DNA of 64,000 bases from Torpedo marmorata (lineage: Eukaryota). This document shows, piece after piece, positions 25,327 through 37,348 of this stretch (position 1 is its first letter; each line of letters opens with the position of its first letter). The position numbers were made by a program, and so were the translations under genes. The notes beneath the pieces were generated by a model. That model ran no database searches, was not told where the DNA came from, and was given only the letters and a program-made list of their open reading frames with translations. The DNA lies in NCBI GenBank assembly GCA_977017645.1, contig OZ360233.1:110422001-110486000 (forward strand), in the 5' to 3' direction.

Positions 25327-27071
25327 GTAGGTCGTGTTTAACGAATCTTAGTTTTTCGAGGAGGTTACTAAGAAAGTAGATGAAGGAAAGGCTGTGGATC
25401 TTGTCTACATGGACTTTAGTAAGGCCTTTGACAAGGTCCCACATGGGAGGTTAGTTCAGAAGGTTCGGACACTAGGTATCCATGGAGAGGTTGTAAACTG
25501 GATTTGAAATTGGCTGAATGGGAGTAGACAGAGAGTGGTGGTGGATGATTGCTTCTCAGACTGGAGGCCTGTGACTAGTGGTGTGCCTCAGGGATCAGTG
25601 CTGGGACCATTGTTGTTTGTTGTCTATATCAATTATCTTGATGATAATGTAGTAAATTGGATCAGCAAGTTTGCTGATGACACTAAGATTGGAGGTGTGT
25701 GGACAGCAAGGAAGACTTTCAAAGCTTACAGAGGGATCTGGACCAACTGGAAAAATGGGCCAGAAAGTGGCAGATGGAATTTAATGCAGACAAGTGTGAG
25801 GTGTTGCATTTTGGAAGGACAAACCAAGGTAGGACATACACAGTAAATGATAGGGCACTGAGGAGTGTGGAAGAACAAAGGGATCTGGAAATTCAGATAC
25901 ATAATTCCCTGAAAGTGGAGTCACAGGTAGACAAGGTTGTGAAGAAAGCTTTTGGCATCTTGGCCTTCATAAATCAAAGTATTGAGTACAGGAGTTGGAA
26001 TGTTATGGTGAGGTTGTATAAGATATTGGTGAGGCCAAATTTGGAGTATTGTGTGCAGTTCTGTTCGCCAAACTACAGGAAGGATATCAGTAAGATTGAA
26101 AGAGTGCAGAGAAGATTTACTAGGATTTTGCTGGGTCTTCAGGAGTTGAGTTACAGGGAAAGATTAAACAGGTTAGGACCTTATTCCTTGGAGCACAGAA
26201 GAATGAGGGGAGATTTGATAGAGGTTTACAAAATTATGAGGGGAATAGACAGTGTAAATGCGAGTAGGCTCTTTCCACTTACATTAGGAGAGATAAATAC
26301 AAGAGTACATGGCTTTAGGGTGAAAGGGGAAAGGTTTAGGGGGAACTTTTTCACTCAGTGGTGGGAGTGTGGAACGAGTTGCCATCTGATGTGGTAAATG
26401 CGGGCTCACTGAATCAGAATTTATTGTCATGAACAAGTCAGGAAATTCGGTGTTTTGCGGCACATCATAGTGCAAACATTCATATTATAACCATCTTACG
26501 ACATTACTATAAAAAAATATAAATAATAGTGCACGAAAAGTAAGGCAGTGTCTTTGGTTCATTGATTATTCAGGAATCTGATGGCAGCGGGGAAGAAGCT
26601 GAACTTGTGCCGTTGAGTGCTCGTCTTTAGGCTCCTGTACCTTTTTCCCGATGGAAGCAGAGTGAAGAGGGCATGGCCTGGGTGGTGGGGATCTTTGAGG
26701 ATAGAGGCTGCTTTATTAAGACACCGCCTCGTGTAGATGTCCTCGATGGAGTGAAGTCTGGTGCCTGTGATGTCACAGGCCGACTTAACAACCCTCTGGA
26801 GTTTATTCTTGTCCTGAGAGTTGGCACCTCCATACCAGGCAGTGATGCAACCAGCCAGAATGCTCTCCACGGTATACCTGTAGAAGTTTACGAGAGTCTT
26901 CGGTGACATACATTTAAGTTTTAAAAATAAATTGGATAGATACATGGATGGGAGAGGTTTGGAATGTTATGGAATGGGTGCAGGTCAGTGGGACTAGCGG
27001 TATGATGTTTTCGGCACAGACTAGAGGGGCCGACTGGCCTGTTTTCTGTGCTGTAGTGTTCTATGGTTCTA
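25327..27071 (+). mobile_element. CR1 LINE 3' portion (RT pseudogene), split by a Rex1 copy
   Basis: YMDFSKAFDKVPH, SGVPQGSVLGP, FADDTK, VRPNLEYC and a GTTCTATGGTTCTA tail. Confidence 0.9.
26411..26910 (-). mobile_element. Rex1/Babar-like 3' fragment nested in CR1
   Basis: FYRYTVESILAGCITAWYG...LLPSGKRYRS...SFFP and TGACAATAAATTCTGATTC tail. Confidence 0.87.
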
Positions 27072-27083
27072 TTTTAAAACTAG

Positions 27084-27345
27084 GGAGGCACGATTAGCAT
27101 AGTGGTGAGTGCAATGCTGTTACAGCGCCAGCAACCAGGGTTAAAATCAGGTGCTGTCTGTAATGAGTTTGTATATTCTCCGTGTCTGCGTGAGTTTCCT
27201 CTGAGTGCTCCGGTTTCCTCCCACCCTTCAAAACGTACCGGGGCTGCATGTCAATTGTGTGTAAATGGACGGCGTAGGCTCATGGGCCGGAAAGGCCTGT
27301 TACCGTGCAGTATGTCTAAACTGGAATTTAAATTTAAAACTAAAT
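27084..27345 (+). mobile_element. V-SINE
   Basis: Homologous to the 23066 and 24288 copies. Confidence 0.8.
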
Positions 27346-27857
27346 TTAATGGAGTTATGGTCACTGGTCCCAAAATGCTCCCCCACTGACACTTCAGCTA
27401 CAACTCTGTTCCTGTATCAAGGTATAAGTGACAGCTCCCATTAAACATATGAACAGAAATTTCAGTTTGGACACGAGTGATCTCTGCATTTTATGTAATG
27501 CAGATCCACAGAGTTATATTGTAAGAAAAAATTGCCGTGGGTGCTAAACAGCTGGCTCAAGAACCAGCAATATAAATACCCCAGTTTCAGTCAACCCGAA
27601 GTGAAAGATTTGTACATGAGAGCTGGAACATTGTAACAGGTCACTGTATAAACAAAATAAAGGATTTCCTCCAGTACTTCTCAACAGGAAAAACAAACAC
27701 ACATCAGCTGCACAAGGCTTTGAACATCACGCATGCTCAGATTTCCAGAACATATTCCACTGATACATGCAGCTGCTCTGATACTATTCAATATGGAAGA
27801 TGCTCATACAGGCCTTGCAGCAGAAATTGTAGGCTCCGCGATTCTACACAAATCTTT

Positions 27858-29286
27858 AAGTCAAGTCAAGTTTATTGTCATCTGATTGCACAAGTACAAC
27901 CCGACAAAACAGCGTTCTCCGGTCCTCGGTGCAAAACATGCAGACACACAACCAGACATAACACACAGACAAACAATACATATGCAGGACAAGTATCCAT
28001 ATATACAAATAAATAAATAAATAAATAAATATTGCTTCATGAATATGAAGTCTTGGATGGTTAATGTGAACAGTTCCTTTGGTCGTTCAGCATTCTCACT
28101 GCCCGTGGGAAGAAGCTGTTCCTCAGCCTGGTGGGAAGGGTTCAAAGAATAGCGTGTCTGGACACAGGCGGAAGGCAAAAATAATCTTTATTGAAACACA
28201 CGCAAGGGGATCGCAACAGGGATAACACACACAAGTATTCTCAATCACACAACACTGTGCAACCAATCATATCAGAATTAACACTACCAATACTAGTAAC
28301 TACTTACACTCTTACAAGCACAGTACAACCCAGTCACATCGAACTTAATATTATTGATACTAGCAACTGTTTATACAGACTTATCACAACCAAGGACTAT
28401 AATACACTACCCACCGATCCTTGTCTAACGAGGACATGGCTCAGATGCTATCTACAACAGTATGCAACAGCCCCGATCTGTTTGTAGTGCACAGCTTACC
28501 AACAAGTCCTGCAGCATTGTCCACAGCAGGGTTCGTCTCAGGGCCAAAGGGCAAAAGGGGAAGAGCTACTGCACGTAGTGGACTTTATAGTAGAGTTAGC
28601 TGGAGGGTCCGGCCCAGGTAATCACCAGGTGATTAAGGGGGCCAATGGTCAGGTCTGCACTAATTGGTGGAGAGAGCCCAACCTTGATTGGCAGGTGATG
28701 TAACTTCCAACTAGGTTCCAGGTGGAGAGGTCACGTGACCCTCCACAATCCACATTTGCCCCAGGTTCCAGATGGAGAGGTCACGTGACCCTCCACAATC
28801 TACACCACATTCCTGTATCTCTTTCCCAACGGGAGCAGCTGAAAGATGCTGTGTGCGGGGTGGAAGGGGTCCTCAATAATTTTGCGTGCCCTCTTCAGAC
28901 AACGTTCCCGGTAGATCACGTCGATGGGTGGGAAGGGAGACTCCAGTGATCCTCTCTGCCACTCTTATGGTCCTGTGGATTGACCTCCAATCCATTTCTC
29001 TGCAGCAACCATACCCCACTGTGATGCAGCTGGCCAGGACGCTCTCGATAGAGCTCCTATAGAAGGTTGACATAATGGTGGCCGGTAGCCTTGCCCGCTT
29101 CAGTCTTCTCAGGAAGTGCAGTCGCTGTTGCGCCTTCCTGACAAGTGAGGAGATGTTGTGTGTCCACGATAGGTCACTAGTTAAGTGAACTCCAAGGAAC
29201 TTTGTGCTCTCCACTCTCTCCACTACAGAGTTGTTGATGTGTAGTGGAGGGTTGTCGCTCCTGGTCCTCCTGAAGTCCACGATCAT
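27858..29286 (-). mobile_element. Rex1/Babar-like LINE fragment interrupted by an LTR-like insert
   Basis: KFLGVHLTSDLSWT..KAQQRLHFLRRL and (CTTGA)n tail at 27858. Confidence 0.87.
28130..28809 (-). mobile_element. Probable solo LTR of an unrelated family (~680 bp)
   Basis: Minus strand starts TGTGG and ends in CA. TATAAA (~28585), CCAAT boxes, AATAAA (~28190). Splits a Rex1 copy. No clear TSD. Confidence 0.55.
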
Positions 29287-29697
29287 GTTGGGTCAAATCG
29301 CGAGCTACACCATTGAACACCAGCAGAAGGTAGAGAGGGGGAGAATGTATCAACCCGAAGACAACGTGGCCAGAATATGCAGGAAATTTCAGGTAGTTCT
29401 ATATATAACTGACACTTTTTCCATGTAAATGTAACCAGGTTTAGAATTCCCATGGAAATGACAATGGTGGTTCACAGGGCAAAGAGATAGCCACATTTTC
29501 ACCAAACAATTCCCACTTGACAGGCTCGGTGTCTACCAGGACTCCAATCTAAATAGGCCCATCTGCCCACATGTGGTTCATATCTCTCTATTCCTACCTG
29601 TTCAATGTCTGTCTTAATGTTGCTGTTGTATCTGCTGCAACCATCTCAGCACAATTCAGGCACCTACCATTCCCTGTGTAAAAAAACTTGCCTCTTC

Positions 29698-30370
29698 AAA
29701 GGTTCAAGGTTCCTTTTATTGTCATGTAATAATACATAAAAATGTCATATACATGATATATTTCAAAGTTTGCCTGCCGTAAGGCAAACAACGAGTCGCC
29801 ATGAGCATTGCCCGGCGCCCCTAACAATAGGAGAAAGAGAAGCAAAAGAGAGTCCCTTCAGAGACACTGAGTATCTGTGGATTCGCCTCCAGCGCTCTCG
29901 CAGCCTCCGCAGCCGCATGGACTCCAGTTCAAACCATCGGCAACCTGAGCTCCAGATCCAAACCTCTGAAATGATCAGGAAGCCTTCAGTGCCTGAGACC
30001 CTTCGGGAGCCCTTCTTGCCCTCAGCACACGGTTCCAACACCTAGTTCCCATGAGCCAGACTCCATCACCCCACAGCCTGTGTGAGTCCTTCGACCGCAA
30101 GTTGCCAACAGCCCGCAGCCTGCATGGATCCTTCAGCTGCAGAGCCCCTCGCTGGTCCGCTACCGTATTCACCATCCTGTAGGGTTGTCTCCGATGTTTC
30201 TCCTTCTCAACCGGGGTTGTTCTCCACATTTCTGGTGACTGGCGCTGGTCCACCGCTCCCCCAGAGTGGTTCGCTGCCCAGCATAGGCGCCGCCATCTTG
30301 GGCACAGACCCGTTGTTGCAGAATTTTAAATAAAAAGACACCATCGACTCCTTTAACACGCTGTTTAAAG
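29698..30370 (-). mobile_element. Non-autonomous Rex1-tailed element (copy B)
   Basis: Homologous to copy A. CAAGATGGCG motif and TGACAATAAAAGG(AACCTTG)n tail. Confidence 0.72.
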
Positions 30371-32505
30371 CTCTCATATCCCCTTTAAACTTTAACCCTC
30401 TCACAAACCTATGTCCTCTAGTATTTGACCATTCCACCCTGAGATAAAGTCTCTGACCCTACCATAATTTTATATACTTTTCTCAGGTTTCCCCTCAGCC
30501 TCCAATACTCCAGAGAAAACAATTAAAGTTTGTCCAACCTCTCCTTGTAGCGAATACAATCTAATCCACATCATCCTGGTGAATCTCTCCTGCACCCTCC
30601 CCAAAGCCTCCACATCCTTCCTTTAATATGCATACAATACTCCAAGCGAGATCTAACCAAGCTTTTATACAGCTGCAAAACGAGTTGCCAACATTTGTAC
30701 TCATTGACAAGGCAACCATGCCGCACACCTTCTTTACTATCCTAACCACTCCTGTTGCCCTTTCAAAGGAGATGGGACTTGTATCCCAAAATCCCTCTAT
30801 ACATTAATTCTCCTTAAGTTCTTGCATCAAATACAAGAGGGTGGAAAAAGTATGAAGACAGAAAGCCAGAGGTGGACTATTTGAATCATGTAGACTACAG
30901 ACACTGCAATTTATTCTAGTTAAATAAGAAAGCCTGCAGGTGATTGTAGTTCAATGCACAAAAGTGGTGGAGAGCATCAGCAGGTCACGCAGCAAAGATA
31001 TATGACAAACGTTTCGTGTCCATGCCCTTTGTCAAGGTACGAGCAAAAAGCAGTCAGGATCCTGAATAAAATGGTGGGGGCAGTGGGAGGAGCGTAGGCC
31101 CACGGGCAAGAGGTCATAGGTGGATACGGGTGGGAGGGCAGAAGAGAAAAAAGCTGGGAAGTGATGGGGGAGGGGATAGCTCTCTAAATGGAGAGGGAAG
31201 GGGGTTGGGAGCTGGAGGAAAGGAATAGGGAGGGAGAGAGAGAGAGAGAGAGAGAGAGAAGGGCCTGAGGGAAACCGAAGATTCTGTTCTTCGTCTATAA
31301 ATTAATTTTATTAGTGAGCTTGAAACCTTCAAATTCCGCAGTCTTTCTTTTACATTTAATTTTTGTAAGCATTAATTCAGTAATTGTCATACTGTTTCAT
31401 GGAACAGTGGTTTTCCAGTTGTTCTATGTGTTGCCCCCTTTAAATGTACTTTTCCCACCCCTCCCCCCTCACTCCACACAAGTTCTAAGATCCGAAGAAC
31501 AACCACCCAAAATAAAAACAAAAATGTGATTTATGTGTACAACCAAAGAAATAATGAGTGGTAGGTTAACAAGCTAAAAGACACAGAAATACGAGTGATC
31601 CTTGGGGGTTCTCTACAGCACCCTCCTCACATCCCACATTGAGTATTAGTGCAAAAGAGGAAAGAACATCTTTCTGTTTTGTCAGTGAATCTGAAGCACA
31701 GGAAAGGTAAACAGTGCCTGACTCACTCAAGACGAGCCTTCCATTACAATGTCAACAATGTATGTTAGTTGTTCCCATCTCTTGGGTCTATTTGTCAACC
31801 CCTCCAGTGAAATTCGCAGTAGTCTAGACAGTATCCCCAAGACACCAGATTCAATATAAAATGAAACCATTGGCTGCTATTTCTTCCACATGAAGATCGA
31901 ACACACTAAATTCTCGCAGAGCCAAATGTCATGAAACCGCCCCATATTGTATCGTGCTGCATCTCAGAAAAGCACAGAGAGAAATTGATATGATCAGAAC
32001 TTAAGATAAAGGTGCAAAGGCAAAACAGCCAGAGCGACGGGCACAAACATTGCAAACTGCTGTCCTGAATCATGCAATTCGAAGCTCCCCCTCCAGTGTA
32101 ATCTTAGTGTGGTTTTCCCTCCTTTTGGAGGGAGAGGTGCAGAAAGCAAAATATCTTCTTCCAACCTAAATTTGGTTGTGTTGACATTGTAACAATATAT
32201 AGTAAATTCTTCGGCTACCATATTGCAAAACAGAGCAGGGGAAAAAGCTGAACTGACACAGGTCACAGTTCGTGGCATTCAAGAAACTAACTTGGTTGGG
32301 ATCAACTATTTGCAGAGTTTTAACATATTCAGCAAATGTCATAAAGGGTCATATCTTTATGAATGAATAATCAATATAATGAAACTTGTCTGGAAGTGGT
32401 TCATTCTTCACGGTTGACACCTTTTTGACTGACCCATAACTTTTACCCACATTACCCGGCCCATAGAAAAGTCCTGCTTTAAACCATTTACAAAGCTCAT
32501 AGATA

Positions 32506-32745
32506 AAAACACACAAAAATGCTGGAGGAACTCAGCTGGTCTTGCAGTGTCCATAGGAGGTAAAGACATATTACCGACGTTTCGGGCCTGAGCCCTTCCT
32601 CAAGGTAAACCTTGAGGAAGGGCTCAGGCCTGAAACGTCGGTAATATAACCATACCTCCTATGGACGCTGCAAGACCAGCTGAGTTCCTCCAGCATTTCT
32701 GTATGTATTACTACAATCACAGCGTCTGCAGACTTCCGTGTTTCA
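32506..32745. mobile_element. Palindromic Penelope-terminal-repeat mini-element
   Basis: ~100-bp inverted arms centred at 32607. Arms resemble the Penelope 3' end (CTGAGTTCCTCCAGC, GAAGGGCTCAGGCC.GAAACGTCGG). Confidence 0.8.
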
Positions 32746-33057
32746 ATTAAAGCTCAAAGTTATCAGAGGTTAAGTCTGACTCTGCTAGAAAATAGACACT
32801 AAGGATGCAATGTGAGGTTAATGCAATACAAGTATGTGCCAAATTCACATCTTTTCCTCACTGTCAGTAATCAGGTAGCATGAGCTATGCCCTTGATTGC
32901 CTTACCACAGGGCCCAGTTTTGTCAGCTCAAGCCAGCTTGTTTTGTTTGGTGTCTACAGATTTTCGTGATTTACTTGTGTTGTTTAAAGTCAGCCAGCAC
33001 CTCTTAAAGGGAAACCTATTTCAGCTTTCTGAAAAAAAACAGCAGATTAGAGAACAG

Positions 33058-33675
33058 ACGCCGCGGTTAGCGCAATGCTGTTAAAGCACCAGTGATCGGG
33101 ACTAGGGTTCGAATCCAGTGCTGTCTGTAAGGAGTTTGTACATTCTCCCCGTGTCTGCTAGGGGCATTTAAGAGACTCTGAGACAGGCACATAGATGAAA
33201 GAAAAATAGTGGGTTATAAGGTAGGGAGGGTTTAGTTTTAACATTGACTTTTCTGCTTTCCACTAAACCTGCTTGTTGTTCCCTTCCCCTCCCCCTTCAC
33301 CTGTCCTTCCTGTTTTTTTCCACCCACCCAGCCATCCCTCCTCCCCCTCTTTGCTGCTGTCCCCTCCCTCCTTTCTCCACCTATCATCTCCTGCCTTTGC
33401 CACCCCCCTTCCCCCCTCACTCCTTTGTTCGGACGCCTGCCGGCATTTTCTCATACTTTGATGAAGGGCTCAAGCCCGAAACGTCGGTTATGTATTTCTA
33501 CCTTTGCTACATAAAAGACACTGTTTGACCTGCTGAGTTCTCCAGCTTTTGTGTTTTTTACTTCAATCACGGTGTCTCCAGATTTTCGTGTTTACTTAGG
33601 GTTTAGTTTTTCTTTGGTAGGTGTGTGGGCCGAAGGGCCTGTACTGTGCTGTAATGTAATGTTCTCTGTTCTAAC
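33058..33675 (+). mobile_element. SINE with tRNA head and CR1-like tail, split by a Penelope insertion
   Basis: B box GGTTCGAATCC at ~33107. CR1-type tail resumes after 33610. Confidence 0.7.
33240..33597 (+). mobile_element. Penelope 3' terminal fragment with a 13-bp TSD
   Basis: TSD AGGGTTTAGTTTT at 33227-33239 and 33598-33610. Nearly identical to the reverse complement of 52571-52930. Confidence 0.88.
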
Positions 33676-33823
33676 ACTTTTGCATCTGATTTCCTTTCAG
33701 TCAACCAGAGAGAAATTGCTGCCAACGTTTTTCAAGATAATGGTATCCAAAGCCCAGTCATCGAAGCAGAGGGCTGCTGGAGTGTGTCAGCAGTCTCCTC
33801 CCATGCAAAATCATCAGCATGGA

Positions 33824-34068
33824 GTGAAACACGAAAGTTTCCAGATGCTGTGATTGTAGTCAAAACACAGAAATGTTGGAGGAGCTCAGAGTTTCGCAGC
33901 ACCCATAAGAGGTAAAGATATATTACTGATGTTTCAGGCCTGAGCCCTTCCTCAAGGTATTCCTTGAAAAGGGCTCAGGCCTGAAACGTTGGTGAACTAT
34001 CTTTACCTCCTATGGATGCTGCGAGACCAGCTGAGTTCCTCCAGCATTTCTGTGTTTTGACTACAATC
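33824..34068. mobile_element. Second palindromic Penelope-terminal-repeat mini-element
   Basis: Inverted arms centred near 33959. Same family as 32506-32745, opposite orientation. Confidence 0.8.
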
Positions 34069-35350
34069 AACAACTTCCCCAGGCATGCTGCAGACACACA
34101 AAGAGCATCACGACAGAAAAGGGAACATGGAGAACAGTTAAAAGGAAATCCATAAACATTAGTAGATGCTTATATGGCATTTGTCATGATCTGGTTTGGA
34201 ATATTAGGAGGAGGATTTAATGACCTTTTATTTCATCGGAGGTCAAACAGACACTATACTGTACTGAAGCAGTGTCAATTATAAGGGCATCCTTTCTTCT
34301 CCTCTGCAATGATTGTGCAATTGTGTGGAACACAGAAGATTATAGGACACCTTGAAATTTGATCTCCCATGCTCTTCCAGCTCCTCCACTTTCGACCAGG
34401 GAGATCGATGGTATCAATGGTCTTCTCCACCAAGTTGTGGATTCAAACAAGGTGTAAGGGTTAAAATGGCTTAAAATCACTTGTACACTTGGGCTGCCAG
34501 TTTGTTGTAGCCCACAGTTTGTTTTGCACTCCTTTGAGTGTTTCTGAGGTTGCAGCCTGTGAGACCAAGGTCTCTTTCTGTGGTTTCGAGATAATACAGT
34601 CAGTTTTGAATTGTTCTGAGTTCTGCGAAGATGGAGGTTCTTGGAATAGACCTGAAACTTTATTGACCGTTTCAAGTAATGTGTCAAGTAACGTATTAAG
34701 TATCGTCTCAAGTATAGTATTAAGTATCTGTTAATCGTATATCAAAGTTGATAAGTAATAACCTATATAAGGTCTAATAAACCTTGGAAAACTCTACTCA
34801 ACCTTGTCACGGATCTTTTTCGATGAACGAGTCATAAACAAGGATGTTCCAGGCTTTCCAGGCGACTGTATAGGAAGATAGTCGCTACACAAGGATTTGG
34901 TTGAACATGCGTTGTTCTCTTGTGCATGGGGTATACACTGGAATCAAGACCCACGTATGGAGAGGATAACCCTTAACATTTGGCATGGTGGTTCAAAAAT
35001 GGAGACCACGACACACTCGAAGAATGAATGATTTCTGACTGTTTTCTGAGAACTGATAATGATGCACTCAGTATGACCAGATGCCAGCTGTCCATCAGTG
35101 AGTGGGAAACCCTGCAGTTATGGTTGGCTTCAGAGCTGAGGAGCGGTGCTCTGAAAGTGATACGAGTGCAGATAATGGGACTTAGTGCCATTGGGATATG
35201 CACCAGCCTAGAATATCCATGGTCTCACGATAGCCGCCGATTTCTTTGAAAAAATCAGAATCAGAATCAGAATTTATTGTCATGAACAAGTCATGAAATT
35301 CGGTGTTTTGCAGCAGCATCATAGTGCAAACATTCATATTATAACCAACT

Positions 35351-36213
35351 CAAGATTCAAGATTCAATTTATTGTCATAGTAATAAGACAGTGTCATATT
35401 CTATGAAATTTCTTTTTGCCTGCTGCAAGGCAGACAGATTCGCCACCGGCAGAAATTGCCTAAGCGCCTCTAACATTCCTTACAGTCAGAGAAAGAGAAG
35501 CAAAAGAAAGTCCCCCCAGAGTCACCGAGTGTCCGTAGATTCGCCTCCAGCGCTTCCTCAGCCTCCGCAGCCACACAGAGTCCAGTCCAAACCATCGGCA
35601 TCCCGAGCTCCAGATCCGAACCTCCAACACGGTCAGGTCGCCCTCGGCACCCCCTCGCATCCTGGTTCCGATACCTGGTACTCCTCCAGCCAGTTCGAGC
35701 CAGCCTCCAGCAGTCCGCAGCCAGGTGTGAGTCCCCTGACAGCAGTCTCCAGCAGCCCACAGCCTCCGCGGGTTCCTCGCCTCGAGCCGCATGCACTGGT
35801 CCTTCAGCCTCAGAGCCCCTCACCAGTCCGCCGCCCTGGTCACCGTCCCATGGGTCGTCTCCTCCGCTTCTCCTTCTCAGACGGGGGGTGATATTTCCGT
35901 CCTCTTGTGCCCTGCTCCAGTCCTCCGCTTCCCCGGAGTCTGCAGCCCCTCGTGGCTGCTGCCGATTAAAAGGCGCTGCCATCTTGGGCGCAGACCCCGC
36001 GGTCGCGGGATCTTAAATAAAACCACCGTCGGCTCCTTTAATGGGCCGTTCAAAGCCCGTGCGGAACCGACGGTAGTCGACTGGGCGGCTGGACCCCGTG
36101 GGAGCGCTGTATCTCCGCCCCACGCTCCCTGCGGGTCCGCACCAGTGGCAGCGCTGCCGCTACACCAGCTCCGGCAGCGCCTCCATTTCGCCATTTCAGC
36201 AGCACCGCCATTT
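35351..36213 (-). mobile_element. Non-autonomous Rex1-tailed element (copy C, apparently full length) inserted in a Rex1 3' UTR remnant (35255-36304)
   Basis: Starts with GAAATGGCG repeats and ends TGACAATAAATTG(AATCTTG)n. Flanks rejoin to match 26411-26582. Confidence 0.78.
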
Positions 36214-36317
36214 CGACCTTACGACATTACTATAAAAAATATATAAATAATAATGCACATAAAGTAAGGCAGTGTCTGGTTCATTGATTATTTAGGAATC
36301 TGATTTATAATAAGATT

Positions 36318-36548
36318 TTTTTAAATTTACAGCATAGTAGAAGCCGATTCCGGCCATTGAGACCCATGCAACCCAACTATACCCAATTAACCTACAACCC
36401 CATACGTTTTTGAGGATGGGAGGAAACCGGAGAATCCAGGGAAAACCCACGCAGCTCACGACGAGAACATACAAACTCCTTACAGACAGCAAGGGATTTG
36501 AACCTGGGTCGTTGGGGCTGGAATAGCATCATACTAACCGCTACGCAA
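36318..36548 (-). mobile_element. V-SINE
   Basis: Reverse complement of the family; B box GGTTCAAATCC. Confidence 0.78.
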
Positions 36549-36555
36549 CTGTGGG

Positions 36556-37348
36556 TGGTCATTCCTGGTCCTCCTGAAGTCCATGATCATCTCCTTTGTG
36601 GACTTCAGGAGGACCAGAAATGACCATCTTCCACTACACATCAATAACTCTGTAGCGGAGAGAGTAGAGAGCACCAAGTTCCTTGGAGCCCAGTTAACTT
36701 GTGACCTATCGTGGATACACATCTCCTCACTTGTCAGGAAGGCACAACAGCGACTGCACTTCCTGAGAAGACTGAAGAGGGCAAGGCTACCGGCCACCAT
36801 CAAATCAACCTTCTACAGGAGCTCTATCAAGAGCATCCTGGCCAGCTGCATCACAGTGTGGTACGGTTGCTGCAGAGAAATGGATCGGAGGTCAATCCAC
36901 AGGACCATAAGAGTGGCAGAGAGGATCAATGGAGTCTCCCTCCCTCCCATCGACATGATCTACCGTGATCATTGTCTAAAGAAGTTGTGCAAAATCATTG
37001 AGGACCCCTTCCACCCCGCACACAGCATCTTTCAGCTGCTCCCGTCGGGAAAGAGATACAGGAGTATCAGAGCCAGCACCACCAAGCTCAGAAATAGCTT
37101 CTTTCTGCGGGCAGTGAGAATGCTGAACGACCAAAGGACCAAAGGAACTGCTCACACTAACTTTCATATTCACAAAACAATATTTATTCATTTATATGTA
37201 TGAATACTTGTCGTGCATACTGTATGTATTTTTGTTTGTATGTGTGTTATGTCTGGTTGTGTGTCTGACTGTTTTGTACAGAGGACCAGAGAGCTGTTTC
37301 ATCAGGTTGTATTTGTGCAATCAGATAATATTAAACTTGACTTGACTG
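36556..37348 (+). mobile_element. Rex1/Babar-like LINE 3' fragment with a 5' inverted duplication
   Basis: 206-aa ORF with DFRR..KFLG..KAQQRLHFLRRL..LLPSGKRYRS and a (CTTGA)n tail. Confidence 0.87.
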
